Origin: Amoebidium appalachense
Lineage: Eukaryota; Protista; Ichthyosporea
DNA: 64,000 bases
Assembly (NCBI GenBank): GCA_963693365.1
Contig: CAVNZM010000001.1
Location: 4,666,907 to 4,730,906, forward strand
Reading direction: 5' to 3'
Shown: piece after piece, positions 1 through 18,858 of the stretch
Position numbering within the stretch: position 1 is the first letter of the stretch
How the letters are laid out: every line of letters starts with the position of its first letter
Position numbers and translations under genes: made by a program
The notes under the pieces: generated by a model
Told to the model about the DNA's origin: nothing
Databases searched by the model: none
The model's input: the letters and a program-made list of their open reading frames with translations, nothing else

Positions 1-128
1 GGGAACAGGCCATGGCCCTGAAAGATTAGTTCAAAGAAAGAAAGTCAGATTTAACCAACTTTCATAAGTGCAAACGTGTAGCAGCGGAAACGACATTATT
101 TTCAAATTGCTAGTAAAGACAAAGGTAT

Positions 129-1189
129 TCATAGCGACTTAATGCCCGGGCAGTCAGCCATCATCTTCACAGGCACGGAAAATTCAAATGAATCCCCCCT
201 GCTGGTGTTCGTTGTGGTTGTTCTCAGGCGGCCAAACCCCAAGTCCTTGCAGTATGAGGCGGCATAGGCCCCACGAGCCCGCGGGTAGGAAGGGTCCGGG
301 GTTGTGTCTGCAAGCCGATTCGAAAATATGTTCGACCCGGGACAAAGCCACTTAACTGTACCTGTAGGCCAGAATGTGATGGGCATGTGTGAGTTCATGT
401 GCGTTTGCATAATGATTACTAAACACATTTAACTGTGTGGAGACACGCGTTCTGCACCCATCAGTATTTTCCTTCTTTTTTCAGTACATGTGTATGATAT
501 AACCTGCATGTGCTTGCGTATATGATACATTATCCGTTATTTTCTTACAACATTGGAGGGTAAAGAATATATAGGTGCAACCTAAACAAAGCAAAGCAGA
601 CAAGAGTGATGAGAGAGGAGGAGGAGGCCCGAAGTGAAGGGACCAGGCAAGCAAAAAGTGAGGAGATAATGAATCTAGAGACTGTCTGATGCTGATGCAG
701 TAGGACCATACCTTGAACAGGACATCTCCATCATATGTACCGGACAAAATTTCCTCGGCCGTCACTCTAAATGTTACCTCTTTTCGTTTAATCCCCTGCC
801 AACTGGAAGTTGTGGATGTTGGTTCACTTATGGTGTTAAGAACCCGATTAACACATGGGTGCCAGAGATCAGTCGTGTAGTATCCCGATTTGCACAAACA
901 AAATGGGGTCTGCCTGCTGTAAATTAGGTAACCGTTCTGCCCGCAATATTCGGCCGCCATTTGTGTCACATTGGCTGAGCATAAGTATGCAAAATAAATG
1001 AAAAGAAACAGGGCTACATGTACAGATAATCTGGAGGCTAGTGATTAGAACTCTTAGGGTGCGTGGGGTGTGATAGTGCAAATTAGACAAATGACGGGGG
1101 GTCTTGGGGCTGTATTTTGCAGCATTCGGGCCCCCAAGGGTAGTGTCCGTTGAGGCAATCTTGGTTCCATGTTTCCAGCGTTCTGGTGC
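129..1189 (-). CDS. Spliced gene or pseudogene for an EGF-like, probably secreted protein; paralog of 2870-7296. Start not resolved; may continue off the left edge
   Basis: Exon at about 713-974 reads NVTQMAAEYCGQNG...FCLCKSGYY...C...GDVLFK followed by donor GTATGG. Exon at about 129-362 contains DSFEFSVPVKMMADCPG, which aligns with DSYLFSVPINRLNGSCG in the + paralog. Confidence 0.55.
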
Positions 1190-2869
1190 CTGACGACAAA
1201 AAAAAAAGAAAAAACATGTCGCTGTCAAGTTACTGAAATATTATCATGCTGTGCAATGATCAAAACAGAGCAAGAGACTAGTCGTCGATGTGGATGGACG
1301 ATGAACTGGCTTGATAAACAGGCCCATAAAGGGTATACTGGCACCAAAGCTTCATTAACTCATTGAAGCGCTTTGAAAGCACTCTTCGCGTACGACAGAA
1401 AAAGTCCACATAAAAGATAGTCAGTATCTCTTCACGGTGCAATCAACGGCGCGCCAGCGGTACGTACGTATACGACTCCTTATAATTATATGTAGCAATG
1501 TTTCAAAAAGGGAACACTGGACGAAGTGATACCAAAACATGCTCTTCCTCTCCGAGTGTTATTTGTGAACAATTTGAAAAGGGTTTAATACACCGTTCGA
1601 TTGTATCAGTGTTCTAGTGTACTTCCAGCGAAGTTGCATGTTCCACGATAAGGTGGGGGTTGATCTGTATAGGCTTCAAGCTTAAGGAGCTCGTAATTAT
1701 TGTTCGTTATGGGTCAACATATACAACTTGTTAAGCAATTTTGAGTTAGCATAAAAAAGTCATTGACTCAAATAGAACAGCCTTGTTATAAGCATGTGTA
1801 AAGATTTGAGATGGGTTCTTTGACTCACATATTACACACGACTGCCATTTGCCATGAGCTGTGGCTGGTATCTACAACCTCGTGCCTCTGGCGGTCGGAC
1901 CTCGTCGGTTCATTGGTCCACACCGCATTATCGGGGAACCATTATTCGGCAAGTGGCAGTGGGCGTATGCTGGTGGCTTCCGTGGCCCATGCATGCCATG
2001 TGAGCTGGCCTGTGGACTGTGGTCACGTGCCGTGGCCCGTGGTTGTGCCGTGGTACCGGTGGGGCGCTGATTGGCTACTGAAAGCAATCTAAATATCAGT
2101 AGCGAAGATCTAAAAAGCTTCCTTTGCATTCCAACCCGATAAAAAAAGATCTAAAAACTTCCTCTGCATTCCGATTGATTGAACTAGCTCAGTCAGTGAT
2201 CAGGGTCAATCAATTCACTCCTCTACTGCGTAACTCCTTATTAATAGGCCTGTATATGCCTTTTATTGTACCTGCGTGAGCTTTGGAAATGTTATGACGA
2301 GTGACACCTCATCGTGCGCTGTTATAGTCAACTTGAAGCCTACATTGCGTGAACCCAGCGGCGGTGTTTTTATCCTGCGAACGACAAAGCCCCCTAGACT
2401 ACTTCATTTTGATTGGCAAACTATGGCAAACCCAATCGTATTTGGCATGTCTTATCAGCCGGGCATTTTGATAAGCCTTACTCGTGTGCCCTCAAGAATC
2501 ATTCGGAAATTTGTAGGATTTGTATAGTTACCGGAGTGTTCACGTGTGTGTGCTAGCATGAGCCAATGCCCTATGTCAGAAGAGTAAAGAGAAAAATACA
2601 TTTGCCTTGTGCTCTTTATGAAAATAGATCATTTTAGGCCTAAAAGTGCATCATTATCTCCCAGATTTGCCCCAGCAAACTGCGCCGTGATGCACTCCAC
2701 CAATCATCACGCCTTACGCTATCAGTTAGGTTTTGGCGTGGTATAAAAACGGAAGCAGTGGGCCCACCACAATACTCGTGCATCTCAAACCTACGATCAA
2801 AGGTCACACCAGAATACTAGAGCAGAAAAGACGACCAAGATAATGTGACAACAAAACTGAAAAGAGAAA

Positions 2870-7296
<4,427 letters not shown>

Positions 7297-8248
7297 GCCA
7301 TCACCATCTCAACCCCTCTCAATCCTCTAATGTTTGAGATCGTTTATTAAGCGACATTGATACCATAACATGCCCCATGTTAGGTAACAGCAGTTGCTTG
7401 TTATTGCCGTACGTGTGCCAATATGCACATATTCGGTAAAACCTAACCTGTACGTGTGCGAAGCCTTACACTTTACGCATTCTGGCATTTATTGGTATCT
7501 TTCGCTACTAGTGGCACTCAGTAGGTTTATGTATAGCCAATGTTCAAAATTAGTGTTATATGTGAGTTCGTTGAAGGCCCCTGGGCGGGTGGGCCGGCAG
7601 GCAGAGGAACACGGGGGAAGGGAGAAGGGAGGAGGGAGGAGGGGTTGGGGGTTGTTGGGGGGGGGGGGGGGGGGTTTGAGGGGGTCGGGCTAATTTAATT
7701 AGGGTTCGAAACAGAAATGGTGATAGGAGGCTTTTTGTTGTTTTGGCACAAGCTAATGGTAGCTATTAGTACGATACAGTATTGTGACTGCAGCCAGTTC
7801 TTTTTGAAGCGAATAGCGCTAATACACCGTTTTTTTTAATCGAGAGATCCGATGATATGAATACGATATTACGGATTCGCATTAGTTATGACATGTTTCC
7901 TGGATTTCGAAACTTTTCTTTTTAATATGATAGTTTGGCCCTTTTGTCCTTCTTTTAAATCTACGTTCTTTCTTTCTCGTTCAAGTTTATGTTTATGTTG
8001 CCTTTGCAGTTTTAAACCTAGGCTTGTGCCTGTTAGAACACAGTGTCTGATGTGTGGGCTGTATGAATGTGTTGTTGGGCAGGGTTACGCTGTTCACTCC
8101 CCTACGTATTAGTGATGTACAGTTCACATGTGACGCGGGCACAAATCTGTAAGTGAACACTCAGCGGAACCGAAAAGCTGGTCAATTAACTTAGAAACGG
8201 GGCCCAGTTTCTTCTACTGGGGCATCTGTAATAGTCGATAGAACCTGT

Positions 8249-8747
8249 TTATGCCTAGCCGGTAAGGCAGAGCCTGAGCAATGTAAGTATTGTTAAATAC
8301 CGAAGCCTGACGCAAGTATTTAGTTTGTGATGTTGGCCTGTGGCCACATGATAGCTGTTTAGTAAACAATGCAGAGTTCCGGAGCGTTCTCGTGTACTAC
8401 GGTGTTGTCGCAAAGCTGCATGGTCAGCCATGTACCTGTTTTCTCCTTTGCTGCATTCTAGCCCACTCGATCCTCCTGTGTGGGTTTGTGCGTGCATACT
8501 CTAATGGGGGTGGGGTGGGGTGGGGGCGAGGGAAGAGATTGTGGGGCAGGTGTGATTGATCGATCTGGTTTTGATGGGGGAGGGAGGGGGGAGGGGAGGG
8601 GGAGGGTGGGGGGGGGAGAAGAGGAGGCTAGCTGCGAAGGAACTGTCACGTTCGTGTGTGCTCGTGTGGGTGTGTGGGCTCTGTAGATGTGCTCACCTGT
8701 GCACACATACACGCGCGCGACCATGTGTGTGTGCGTGAACGATTGTG

Positions 8748-8813
<66 letters not shown>

Positions 8814-8977
8814 CAGGGTGGGTGATTTCGTGCAACATCACAGTGCACCACAATGCGGTTTCATATACATTTATACTCTTTGTTACACCACACGGTGAGC
8901 TCCTGAGGTGGATATTGTGTGTGCGGTGTGTGTGTGTACACGTGTGTGGGCGCCCGTCTGTGGTTGTGTGAATGTGT

Positions 8978-9008
<31 letters not shown>

Positions 9009-9850
9009 TTGTTCTTGTGTCTATGTGTGTGTATGTGTGTGTGTGTGTTTGTGCGCGCGCTTGTGTGTGTGGGGGGGGGGAGGGGAAGGGGGGGGAGGGT
9101 GGGTTAAGGGGGAGCAGGGGCAGGCTGGGCTGATGCAGTGAGCACACCGTAACACTTCAAGGCTCACTTCTGAGCTTGTCCAGGGAAAGAAGATCTACAG
9201 GCGCTTTTTGTCAGGGGAGGGGATGAGGTGGTGTGGGGTAGGTTGTGTGTGTGCGTTTGTGTGTGTGTGTGTGTGTGTGGGGTGACTTTAGCAGAAATGT
9301 TAGTTTCTTCGCAGAGCTGATGTTGTGGGGAAAATGGGGGAAAATGCGTTAGCTCGGAGTGACTGTAGTGACACTTCCAAGTCTCAGCAAACGTATCTAC
9401 GCTATTTTGACCACCGGCCCACCCCCCCCCCCCCAGGAAATGAAACGTCGCATGAGCGCTGATAAAAAAGGATTTCGGTGGCAATGAGGTCTGTAAAGCT
9501 AAATATTACAGTCATGATTTTGCTGTGTTTTATTAGCTGCCGGGTTTCCTTATCGAGTTACTTGATTGTTCCTAATGGCGCTATGCTACTCTTTGCATTC
9601 CAGGTTCGGTGGCTTCATATGTGCTACCCTACCCTCTCCCCATCCCACCCCCCTACTCTCTCTAACCCAACCCCTACGTGTTTATGCACACACCCACACA
9701 CACAACAAACACACCCACATCCACCCATCCACCCACCCGCCCGCCCCCACCCATCCACCCACCCAATCACAAGACACACACAAGCGCGCACACACACACA
9801 CACAACACACACACACACACACAACACACACACACACACACACACAAACA

Positions 9851-9884
<34 letters not shown>

Positions 9885-10730
9885 ACATACACACACACAC
9901 ACAAGAAACACACACACACGCACATACACGCACATACACAGACATACACACAGACAGGCACACACAAGCACCCCCCCCTCCCAAAAAAAAAACAAAACAA
10001 AAACAAAGACATCTCCCTCTCTCGCCCCCCCCCCCCCCCCCCTCCCCCCCCCCCCCCCCCTCACCCCCCCTCACCCCCCCCCCCCCCCCCGGCCCCCTCC
10101 CCCTCCCCCTCCCTAAGGCTTCCCCTCTTTCCTTTTGTTTCTATCACAGGTAAACGAGGTGTCGAATTTAGGCACCGCGTTTGGCTGGCCTACACTTGAA
10201 TTCGACCTACCCATGCATGCAAGTGTGCCGATGGCTGGAAGGGGCCGAAAAGGACGGGGGCGGTGGGGAGGGCGCGGGGGGGGGGGGGGGGGGGGGGAGG
10301 GGGGGTGGTAACTGAGGGGCCGGGGGGGGGTGGTGGGGTGGGGGTTGGGGGGTTTGGGGGGAGGGGGGGAGGAAACATTATAGAAGACTGGTGTGAGGGA
10401 GGGGTGAAGGTGAAAGCGAAAAGCATTGCAGCATGGGAAGTGTGTGCCGATGGGTGCTCAGAGCAGGTCAACCATCAACAAGCGGCAGGAGGGTGAGTTT
10501 TTGAATAAACGGAGGCGGGCGGCAGTGGGTGGAGGCTGGGTTGGAGGGGGGGGGAGGGGGGGGGGGAAGGGGGGGGGAGTGACTTGCAAATGGAGGGAGA
10601 GGGTGCCCGACATAAGGAGATGTTGGGAAGAGGACGGTATATAGGAAGCTGGGGAAGGTAGAGCGTGGGTGAGGTACGCGAGAGATGGAGAAGAGGGGAG
10701 ACGGGAGGATGAGTGGTGTCAGTGCTGGGT

Positions 10731-10766
<36 letters not shown>

Positions 10767-10910
10767 ATGTGTGTGCGCATGTGTTTTGTACATGTGTGCG
10801 TGTGTTTGTGTGTGTCTGCGTGTGTGTGTGTTTATGTGCGGGCATGTGTTTTGTGCGTGTGTGCATGTCTTTGTGTTTTTGTGTGTATTTTTGTGCGTGT
10901 GTGCGAGCGC

Positions 10911-10954
<44 letters not shown>

Positions 10955-11183
10955 GCGCGTGCGCGCGCGTGTGTGTCTGTGTGTGCGTGTGTGCGTGTGT
11001 GTGTGCGTGTCTGTGTGTGTGCGTGCGCCTGCGTGCGGGTGTGCGTGTCTGTGTCTATAAGTTGCAGTTGTATGTTTGTGTGTAGCGAAAAGGGCATGCA
11101 TGTCGGTGTTCATGCACGTGTGTTTCTACGCCTGCAGAGAAATATGGTTCAAGGCTTTGTCCTTGCCATCTCCCTTCTTTTTT
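8249..11183 (-). CDS. Putative 3' exons of an unidentified micro-exon gene
   Basis: Candidate AG/GT-bounded exons 11130-11183, 10156-10206, 9168-9194, 8436-8475, 8249-8254 join in phase to [58 protein letters not shown]. Two donors (GTAGAA, GTTTAC) are weak and no homolog is recognised. Confidence 0.35.
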
Positions 11184-11195
11184 CTGCGCACTTGT

Positions 11196-11226
<31 letters not shown>

Positions 11227-11494
11227 GAGGGAGGGGGAAGGGGGGAGGGGGTGGGTAGCTGGCCGAAGGAGGGACGAAGGATGGGGGTGAGGGGGGAGAA
11301 GTGTGGACCTGGTGGTCCGGTTAGCACATGTGTTTGCGTTGCCATGTGTTAACTCGCATGGTTCTGAAAAAATTATTGAAGTATTTGTGCCGAATTTCCA
11401 TACCTCTCTGCCGAATTGAATTCTCCCTTCTCCCCAACACTACCCCTATGTCCTTGGACTTCGATTGCCTTCCATACGCACATCAAACACACAT

Positions 11495-11558
<64 letters not shown>

Positions 11559-11812
11559 ACGCACACGCACACGCACACACACACACACACACACGAACAC
11601 AAACACACCGTGTGACACACAAATTCAAACATACACACACGCGCGAGACGTGTGGGTGCATCCACACACACACATACAGACACATACAGACACACACGCA
11701 TGCAGGCACACACACAAAAACGAGTATTACACATGCATGTTGAATTTCTCTCTCCCTCTTCTTCGGGTATATATGTCTAAACTAAATGTTTCCTGTTGCA
11801 TGCACTCGCTAC

Positions 11813-11843
<31 letters not shown>

Positions 11844-12587
11844 GTGTGTGTGAGTGAGTGAGTGTGTGTGTGTGCATATGCGCTGTAAAATTCAGCCCAG
11901 AAGTACGTGGCATTCACGTTTTCGTTGCTCGTTGTTCCTTTATTTTTCGAGATTGTTGCTCTTTATTATGACGATCTTACGTATAACTATTATGACACTT
12001 ATTGCAAATAGCCAGATGCATGGATGGCTATGGGTCAGAAAGGGGGGAGGGGGGAGGGGGGGTATGGGGGGGGGGAAGCAGGAGTAGAAAGGGCTCAAAG
12101 GGGACAAGAGGCCGTCTATCTACTCTAGCCGAGATCTCGAGTGTTGAGAAGAAATTTTTCGCTTCCAGAACAATCCATACACCTTCACAGCGTCCCAGAC
12201 CCAAGACCAGATCCGACCCCTTCACTAGGCAAGAAATCTTCGCTCAGGCATCACAGTCAATGCAACTTTGGCTTATCGAACAGTGCACCTATCAAACAAC
12301 ACCACACACAAGACATACATCATTTAGAAGAATCAAGAACTTCGGCAGCTGTAGCCAAATTAAGTGGAGGCTAATGCATCCGGAAGAGCAGTCGGTGTGT
12401 CAGCCACGGAGTCGTAGGTTGAGCCTCACAGCAATATATGTAAAGGGAGAGGCAGAACGTGACGATGCAGAACGCAGGAAGGTTTTTATGTGCCAATTGT
12501 TTGTGAATATATTGGAGGGAGGAGGAGGCGTGTGCGTCGTCTGTGTTTGTGTTGTGTTGGGGGAGAAGGGGGGGGAGGGGCAGCGGG

Positions 12588-12657
<70 letters not shown>

Positions 12658-13281
12658 GTGTGTGTGTTTGGGTGTGTGTGTGTTTTTTTTGGGGGGGGGG
12701 GGGGGAAGAGGGGATGATGGGTCAGCAAGTCATACGTGGGCATCTTGCGAGTATGTGCGCGAACTTGAGTTTCATCTAAACAGGCGAGGGAGGGGGGAAG
12801 AGGGGGGGGGGGGGGGGGAGGGGGGGGGGCGTATTTGTGGGGTTGCTGACAAGGAACGGGACGTGTACGGCCCACGGGGGGCATCAAGAAATAGAGCTCC
12901 AGAGGATGTGCCGCAGACGGCATCCGGGAAGATCCCTACAGTGGAGTGCGGAGGAAAGTAGGTGTCAAGTGAAAAGACATATGAAGTGTCGGAGTTTGTT
13001 ATCGTTATTTTGTTGCCGTATGGGTCAACTAGATAGCACAAGCTTCTTGGGAAGAAAATCGATAACAAACCAGCACTAACAAAGGTATACACACAAAAGC
13101 CTTCGACCGTGTTCTTTCTTTTGAGGTGTAACAACAGATCGAAGGACGTAGTTCCAACGCCTTTTTATACTTGATAGATCTTCGCATGGTACAAAGCCTG
13201 GAATCCGCTCAAGTATGACTGAACATGATTGGTCGAAAAGAATCCGATAGATTCAAAAAATCCTCATGACTTGCTGCACAC

Positions 13282-13289
13282 TATATAAA
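13282..13289 (+). promoter_or_regulatory. TATA box of EEF1G
   Basis: TATATAAA about 50 bp upstream of the ATG at 13338, followed by a pyrimidine tract TTTTCCTT. Confidence 0.55.
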
Positions 13290-13337
13290 CTACGATTTTC
13301 CTTGTGCCAAGGTCCAGTCCACACACATCCCGACACC

Positions 13338-16217
13338 ATGGCAGGGGTACGGTTACAATCTGACAAACGTGAACGTAGGAAAATCGCGTGTAGGCGTTGG
13401 TTTTATAAGCTATCCGGCGCATCCGTCACCTTCCAAGACCCATCCGTTTAGATAAACAGCGCATCTGGAGGTATCATAGAGCTAAGGATGGCTGGGAGCG
13501 CTTGGGGCGCTGTTGGTCAACATAGATCGGTTCAACTAAAGCATCCCTGAAGTAGTGGGTCATAGTCCGGAGTTACATCATAGTTAGGCTCCTGATAGAC
13601 TGAGATCCGCTGAGAGATTTACGGACCTGGATTAGTGTTTTGTGCTGGTTACCAAAGCCGAGCAGTGCAGGAATTTTGCGGACATACAGCACACAGTAAG
13701 AATAATGGTAGGCGGACTTAAATTGTCGGTCGGACTGCAGCAGGCCTCTCGAGTAGCAAGATGAGCCGAGATTGAGCTAGAAGCCTTAGGAACTTATGGC
13801 AACGCGCGACACACCAGGCCGTCTATTTGGATCGGCCCTGTCGGCTTTCTTGCACACGTTTCGCAGGTTATTCTGGACGGAGGGCAGAATCTACGCTCAC
13901 ATCCATGGCACACACATGCACATTCGCAGATACTCACACCCGAGACATCTAAACAGGAGCATATGCACAAGTTCTCCGGTGCATCACTATACTCTCCACT
14001 TGCTGGCGCTTGCAAACATGGGCACACCCACCCACCCAACACACACACACACACACACACACGGACACACACACACACACACACACACGGACACACACAC
14101 TCACACTTTTGCACACACAGTCACAGGTGTACACCAAGAACTTGTGATTCTTTTCTCCCCTTTAATGGTCATGCATCAGTTAGCTCACTATGGGGTTGTG
14201 GGGCAGAAACTGTACACGTACCCCAACAACACTCGGGCCTACAAGGTCCTGATTGCCGCCGAGTATGCCGGCGCCAAGCTGGACGTGCTCCAGGAGCCCC
14301 CCGAGTTCCAGCTTGGCGTCACCAACACGGTAGCCATCCCTTCCCCCCCCCCCCCCCCCAAAGGAAAAACTGTATTCTGGGGAGTGGTGGCCAGTTCGGT
14401 AAAGGGATAAAAAGGGGTGTTGGGCATATAATGGGGGTCGGGGTGGGGTGTGTGTGTGTGTGTGGGGGGGTGAGATCAAGGTGTAGGTGCTTCTTTTTGG
14501 AAGGGAAACACGAATCTTTTTGTAGACACTTTTGTATGCCCCCCTTTTTTTGTGTGTGTGTGGGGGGGGGGGGGGGGGGGGCAGGCAGGAGGGGTGGAGT
14601 TTAACTTTTATGCACACTAAGAAGCATGCGGAAACAGCTGAAGGACAACACACTCCTACAAATCTAAAAGCACGAATAGGTCAAAGTTGGACTGGGAGAA
14701 GCAAGTAGAAGGGAGGAAAGCCTGTGCAAAGAAATTCTGTTGAAGTTGTGTATGTTAACCCCCCCCCTTGAACAAGGGGTTATGTTTCGTATCTGATTGT
14801 ATGCTTCTAATTTTAGCTATATGGTCCACACTGTGGTTTGTTTTGTGTACACTCTAACCTCCTGCCCTCCTTCTCCGCTCCCTCGTCTCCCCCATCATCT
14901 TCTCCAACTACTTCTCCACCCCCCCCCCCCCCCCTGTCTCCTCACCAGACGCCCGAGTTCTTGGAGAAGTTTCCCTCTGGCAAGGTGCCTGCCTTCCTCT
15001 CTGCCGATGGGAAGGCCCTGAACGAGGCCAACGCCATTGCTCAGTTCCGTACGTGCCCTACCATGATCGAGCCCTGTGCATATGTGTGCGCACATAGTTG
15101 CTCCTTATTCGCACAGGGCTTGTGAAGAGCTGGGGGGGGGGGGGGGGAGGTTGTTGGTACTTTTTTGGAAAGAATCTGGCGTACTTCTTGAGTAATGGTG
15201 TAGGAGGGTGGGGTGATCTGGGGTAACCCCCCCCCCCCCCCCCCTTCCCTCCCGTGGGGGGGTTGTGTAGAGGGAATAGAGGGTGGGATATAATGAGACG
15301 GGAAGTGGGAGAAATTGGGAACCAACCACGGGATCGATTCATGGATGGCAGAGATGGAGCAAGTAGTTTAAGACTGCCGAATTGGGTGGGAGTGGCGGTT
15401 GTCATGCGGGCACACGGTGACAGGCATGTGTGCACACAATTGGGCATGTGGGCGTTGGAATCTGGCTTTCCGTGTGTTGTTGCTTGGCTGTACGGGTTTG
15501 GGATGAATGTGCCGGAACCATGAGAGGGGCACACGATCCACGTTTGCACCCCCACTGGCACTGACTATACTTTGCAGTTGCCGGGACCAAGCTCTTTGGC
15601 AGCGACGACTATGAGCGTGCGCTGGTCACACAGTGGATCAACTTTGCCGATGCCGAGCTCACCCCCGCCGTCAGCACATGGGTCTTCCCCACCTTCGGCA
15701 TCATCAAGGCCAAGGACAAGGTGCCCATTTCCTCCGAATGTCTGCTCGTGTGGCCTGGTGGCACATGCTAACTCCTCTTTCCTCCTGGGGTGGCTACGCT
15801 AGTGTAAAAATCTGTAGAACGACATTCACCACAAGCCAGTGTATTTTTCGATCCCATTAGCTCGTTATTTTTTTCCAACTGGGTTGTGTGCATGTGTTCG
15901 TTTCTCCATATCTGTATTGCTTTAGCCGTAGTGCATTTGGGCTCGATACTGTGTACACCGTTTGCCCCCCCCCCCCCCCCCCCCCCCGGGCGCCCTGGAT
16001 GGTGTTAACTGTCGTTCATGTGCCCTTTCCACTCTGTAGCACATGCCCCCCCCCCCCCCCTCCCCCCCCCCTCCCGTCGTCTGTTACTCACTACTCTGTA
16101 ACGTAAACCCTTCGAGCCTCCCTGGTTATTTGAAGCCGCATACATCTCAAAACTATGCAAGTGGTCAAGTTCCATGCACGCAGCTCCAAAAAGTTACTTA
16201 CACAGAGAACACCACTT

Positions 16218-16290
<73 letters not shown>

Positions 16291-18820
16291 CAAAACAGAA
16301 CACCGACAAGGCCAAGGCCGATCTCGCCAAGAGCCTCGCCTACCTGAACACCGTCCTTGCCGTAAGTGCCCTCACACTCTCTCCTCGCTCTGCTTGCATC
16401 ATGCTTGGTTATAATTGAGGAGTATCTGTCGGGGTTTTACTCGCTGATGTTTAGTAGAAAGAATGCCTTTACACTAAATGTGGCCGAAGGACATGTCCCC
16501 ATTGCATGCCGAGTTCTGCTGTGGATCTAGATAGTTTACAAGGTCAACTTACTACGGCAATCTTGAGCTGGTTGTTTGTGCACCTATAACAATCGGAGAA
16601 ATCGAAAATCCACGTGCCAACTGAATTACCTACCCCCCCCCCCCCCCCCCCCCCCCACACACACACACATACCCCCCCCCCCCCCCCCCCCCCCTTCCCC
16701 AATACCGTTTTTGGTGATGTGTTTGCTGACGAATGGTGTGCCATATTCAGACCCGCACCTTCCTGGTTGGCGAGAGGGTGTCCCAGGCCGATATTGCTGT
16801 TGCCGTCGCTCTCCTGCCCGGCTACCAGCGGGTACCATCCCCCCCCCCCCCTCCCCCCCCCCCCCCCCCACCACCACCACCGCTCCACCAGACCCTAGCA
16901 CACACACACACACACACACACGACTACTTCCACCGTATTGGCAAGCATGAGTTTTCTCGCAAATATTTTGACTTTCCGCTTCTATACTCCATTATTTCTG
17001 GATGTATTATGGTGGCAGTCCTGAGGATGGGCCCTGCCTTTTGCATACTATTTCCTTTTGGTTATCGCATACCATGGCTCATCATTTACTTTGCTCATTT
17101 TTGTCTAGTTATGTCCTAATGCTACCACACCTTCACCCCCCTTGCTTTGCGTTGTCAATTGTGTGTACTTTTTGTACTCCAACCCCCCCCCCCCCCCCCC
17201 CGGGCCTCTCCCCCGGGGGGCCGCCCCGCCCAGTGCTTTGTGTTATTCATTGTGAATGTACCTTGCACTCCATAAATGTAACTCCCCCCTCCCCCCCCCA
17301 AAAAAACACACAAGCACGTGCACACACACCAACCTTTTCAATCCAGATCCGCAGATTGTCTGTCGTGAATGTGCACTTTGCACTCCGTGACATAAGTAAC
17401 CCTCCCCACCGTCTTCCCCCCCCCCAGGAGGGCCAAGCATTGTTTTGCATATGCTCTTGTCCTTTCTCATATAACCGCTTTATGATTGTTAATTATACTT
17501 CATACTTCATATTGCCCGTCTCCCCCTTCCCCTCCCCCCCCCTCCCCCCCCCCCCGCGGAAGAATTATCCTTGCCGCATTCTTTCCCTGCCCTTGCCGCC
17601 AGATGCACGACACGTCTCATCGTTTTTCTCACGTGTGCAGGTGTTTGCCCCCGAGTTCCGTTCTGCCTACGGCAACGTCAACCGGTGGTTCACCACGTGT
17701 GTGAACCAGCCCCAGTTCAAGTCCGTGCTGGGTGAGGTGGTCCTGGCTGCTGAGGAGGCCAAGCCCGACAGTACGTGCACCCCCATACATGCATACTTGC
17801 ACCTGCTAAGTGATACTCTGGACAGATGCATGGGCACAGACATTCACATCCACACACATTCACATATTTGCATGCTAGCTCGCTGAACCGTGTGTGGTTT
17901 TAGTCGGATGTCACTTGCTCGCATGGTGTTTGATCCCTGTATGCCACTGGAATAAGGCAGCACGAGTTTGTACATCGACACATGACCACGTGCTTCCCGC
18001 AGACTCTCGAGCACCACACGTGCATGTGACAAAACACACAAGCACACACACAGTGCGTGCTTGCAAGGGTGCGCTCGCGCGCACGCACACACACACAACA
18101 CACACGAGCACGCACACACCATACACATGCATTCATTATGCACACCCATTAGATGGCAGGGGATACTATCCCTGTGGTGGAGCACACACACACACGTATA
18201 CACACACACACACAAACACCCGTATACGTACACGTGCATAAACACACTGACATAAGCCCTGCATCCATAGTAGCAACAAGACGTCATTTCTTGATGGCAC
18301 ACTTTCCCATGTAACGGTTGAGAAGAAATAAACCACGTCTAGGAAAAATTACGTATTTGGTGCTTGGTGACTTTGAGGGACGCCGGCAAGCTTGACTGGT
18401 TATGTAATTAGGAACGTTCACACTCACTACAAATCGACGTCTCACCCGACGCCAATATGATGCCATGCAGCAAGCTGCCGGGTTAGAACCTTACTAACAA
18501 GTCCTCCCATACGCAGAGGACGCATTCGTCCTCTACCACCCCGAGAAGGCCAAGGACAAGAAGGACAAGAAGGACAAGAAGGAAAAGGACGAGAAGAAGG
18601 ACAAGAAGGAGAAGAAGGAAAAGAAGGACGACAAGAAGGATGAGAAGAAGGACAAGAAGAAGGAGGAGAAGAAGGAGGAGAAAAAGGACGAGGAGAAGAA
18701 GGACAAGAAGGACAAGAAGAAGAAGAAGGATGACGATGAAGAGGAGGAGCCACCCCTGTACGAGGAGGAGAAGAAGGAGAAGCCCACAAAGTACCTCATG
18801 GAGCTTCCGCCCACGTTCGT

Positions 18821-18858
<38 letters not shown>

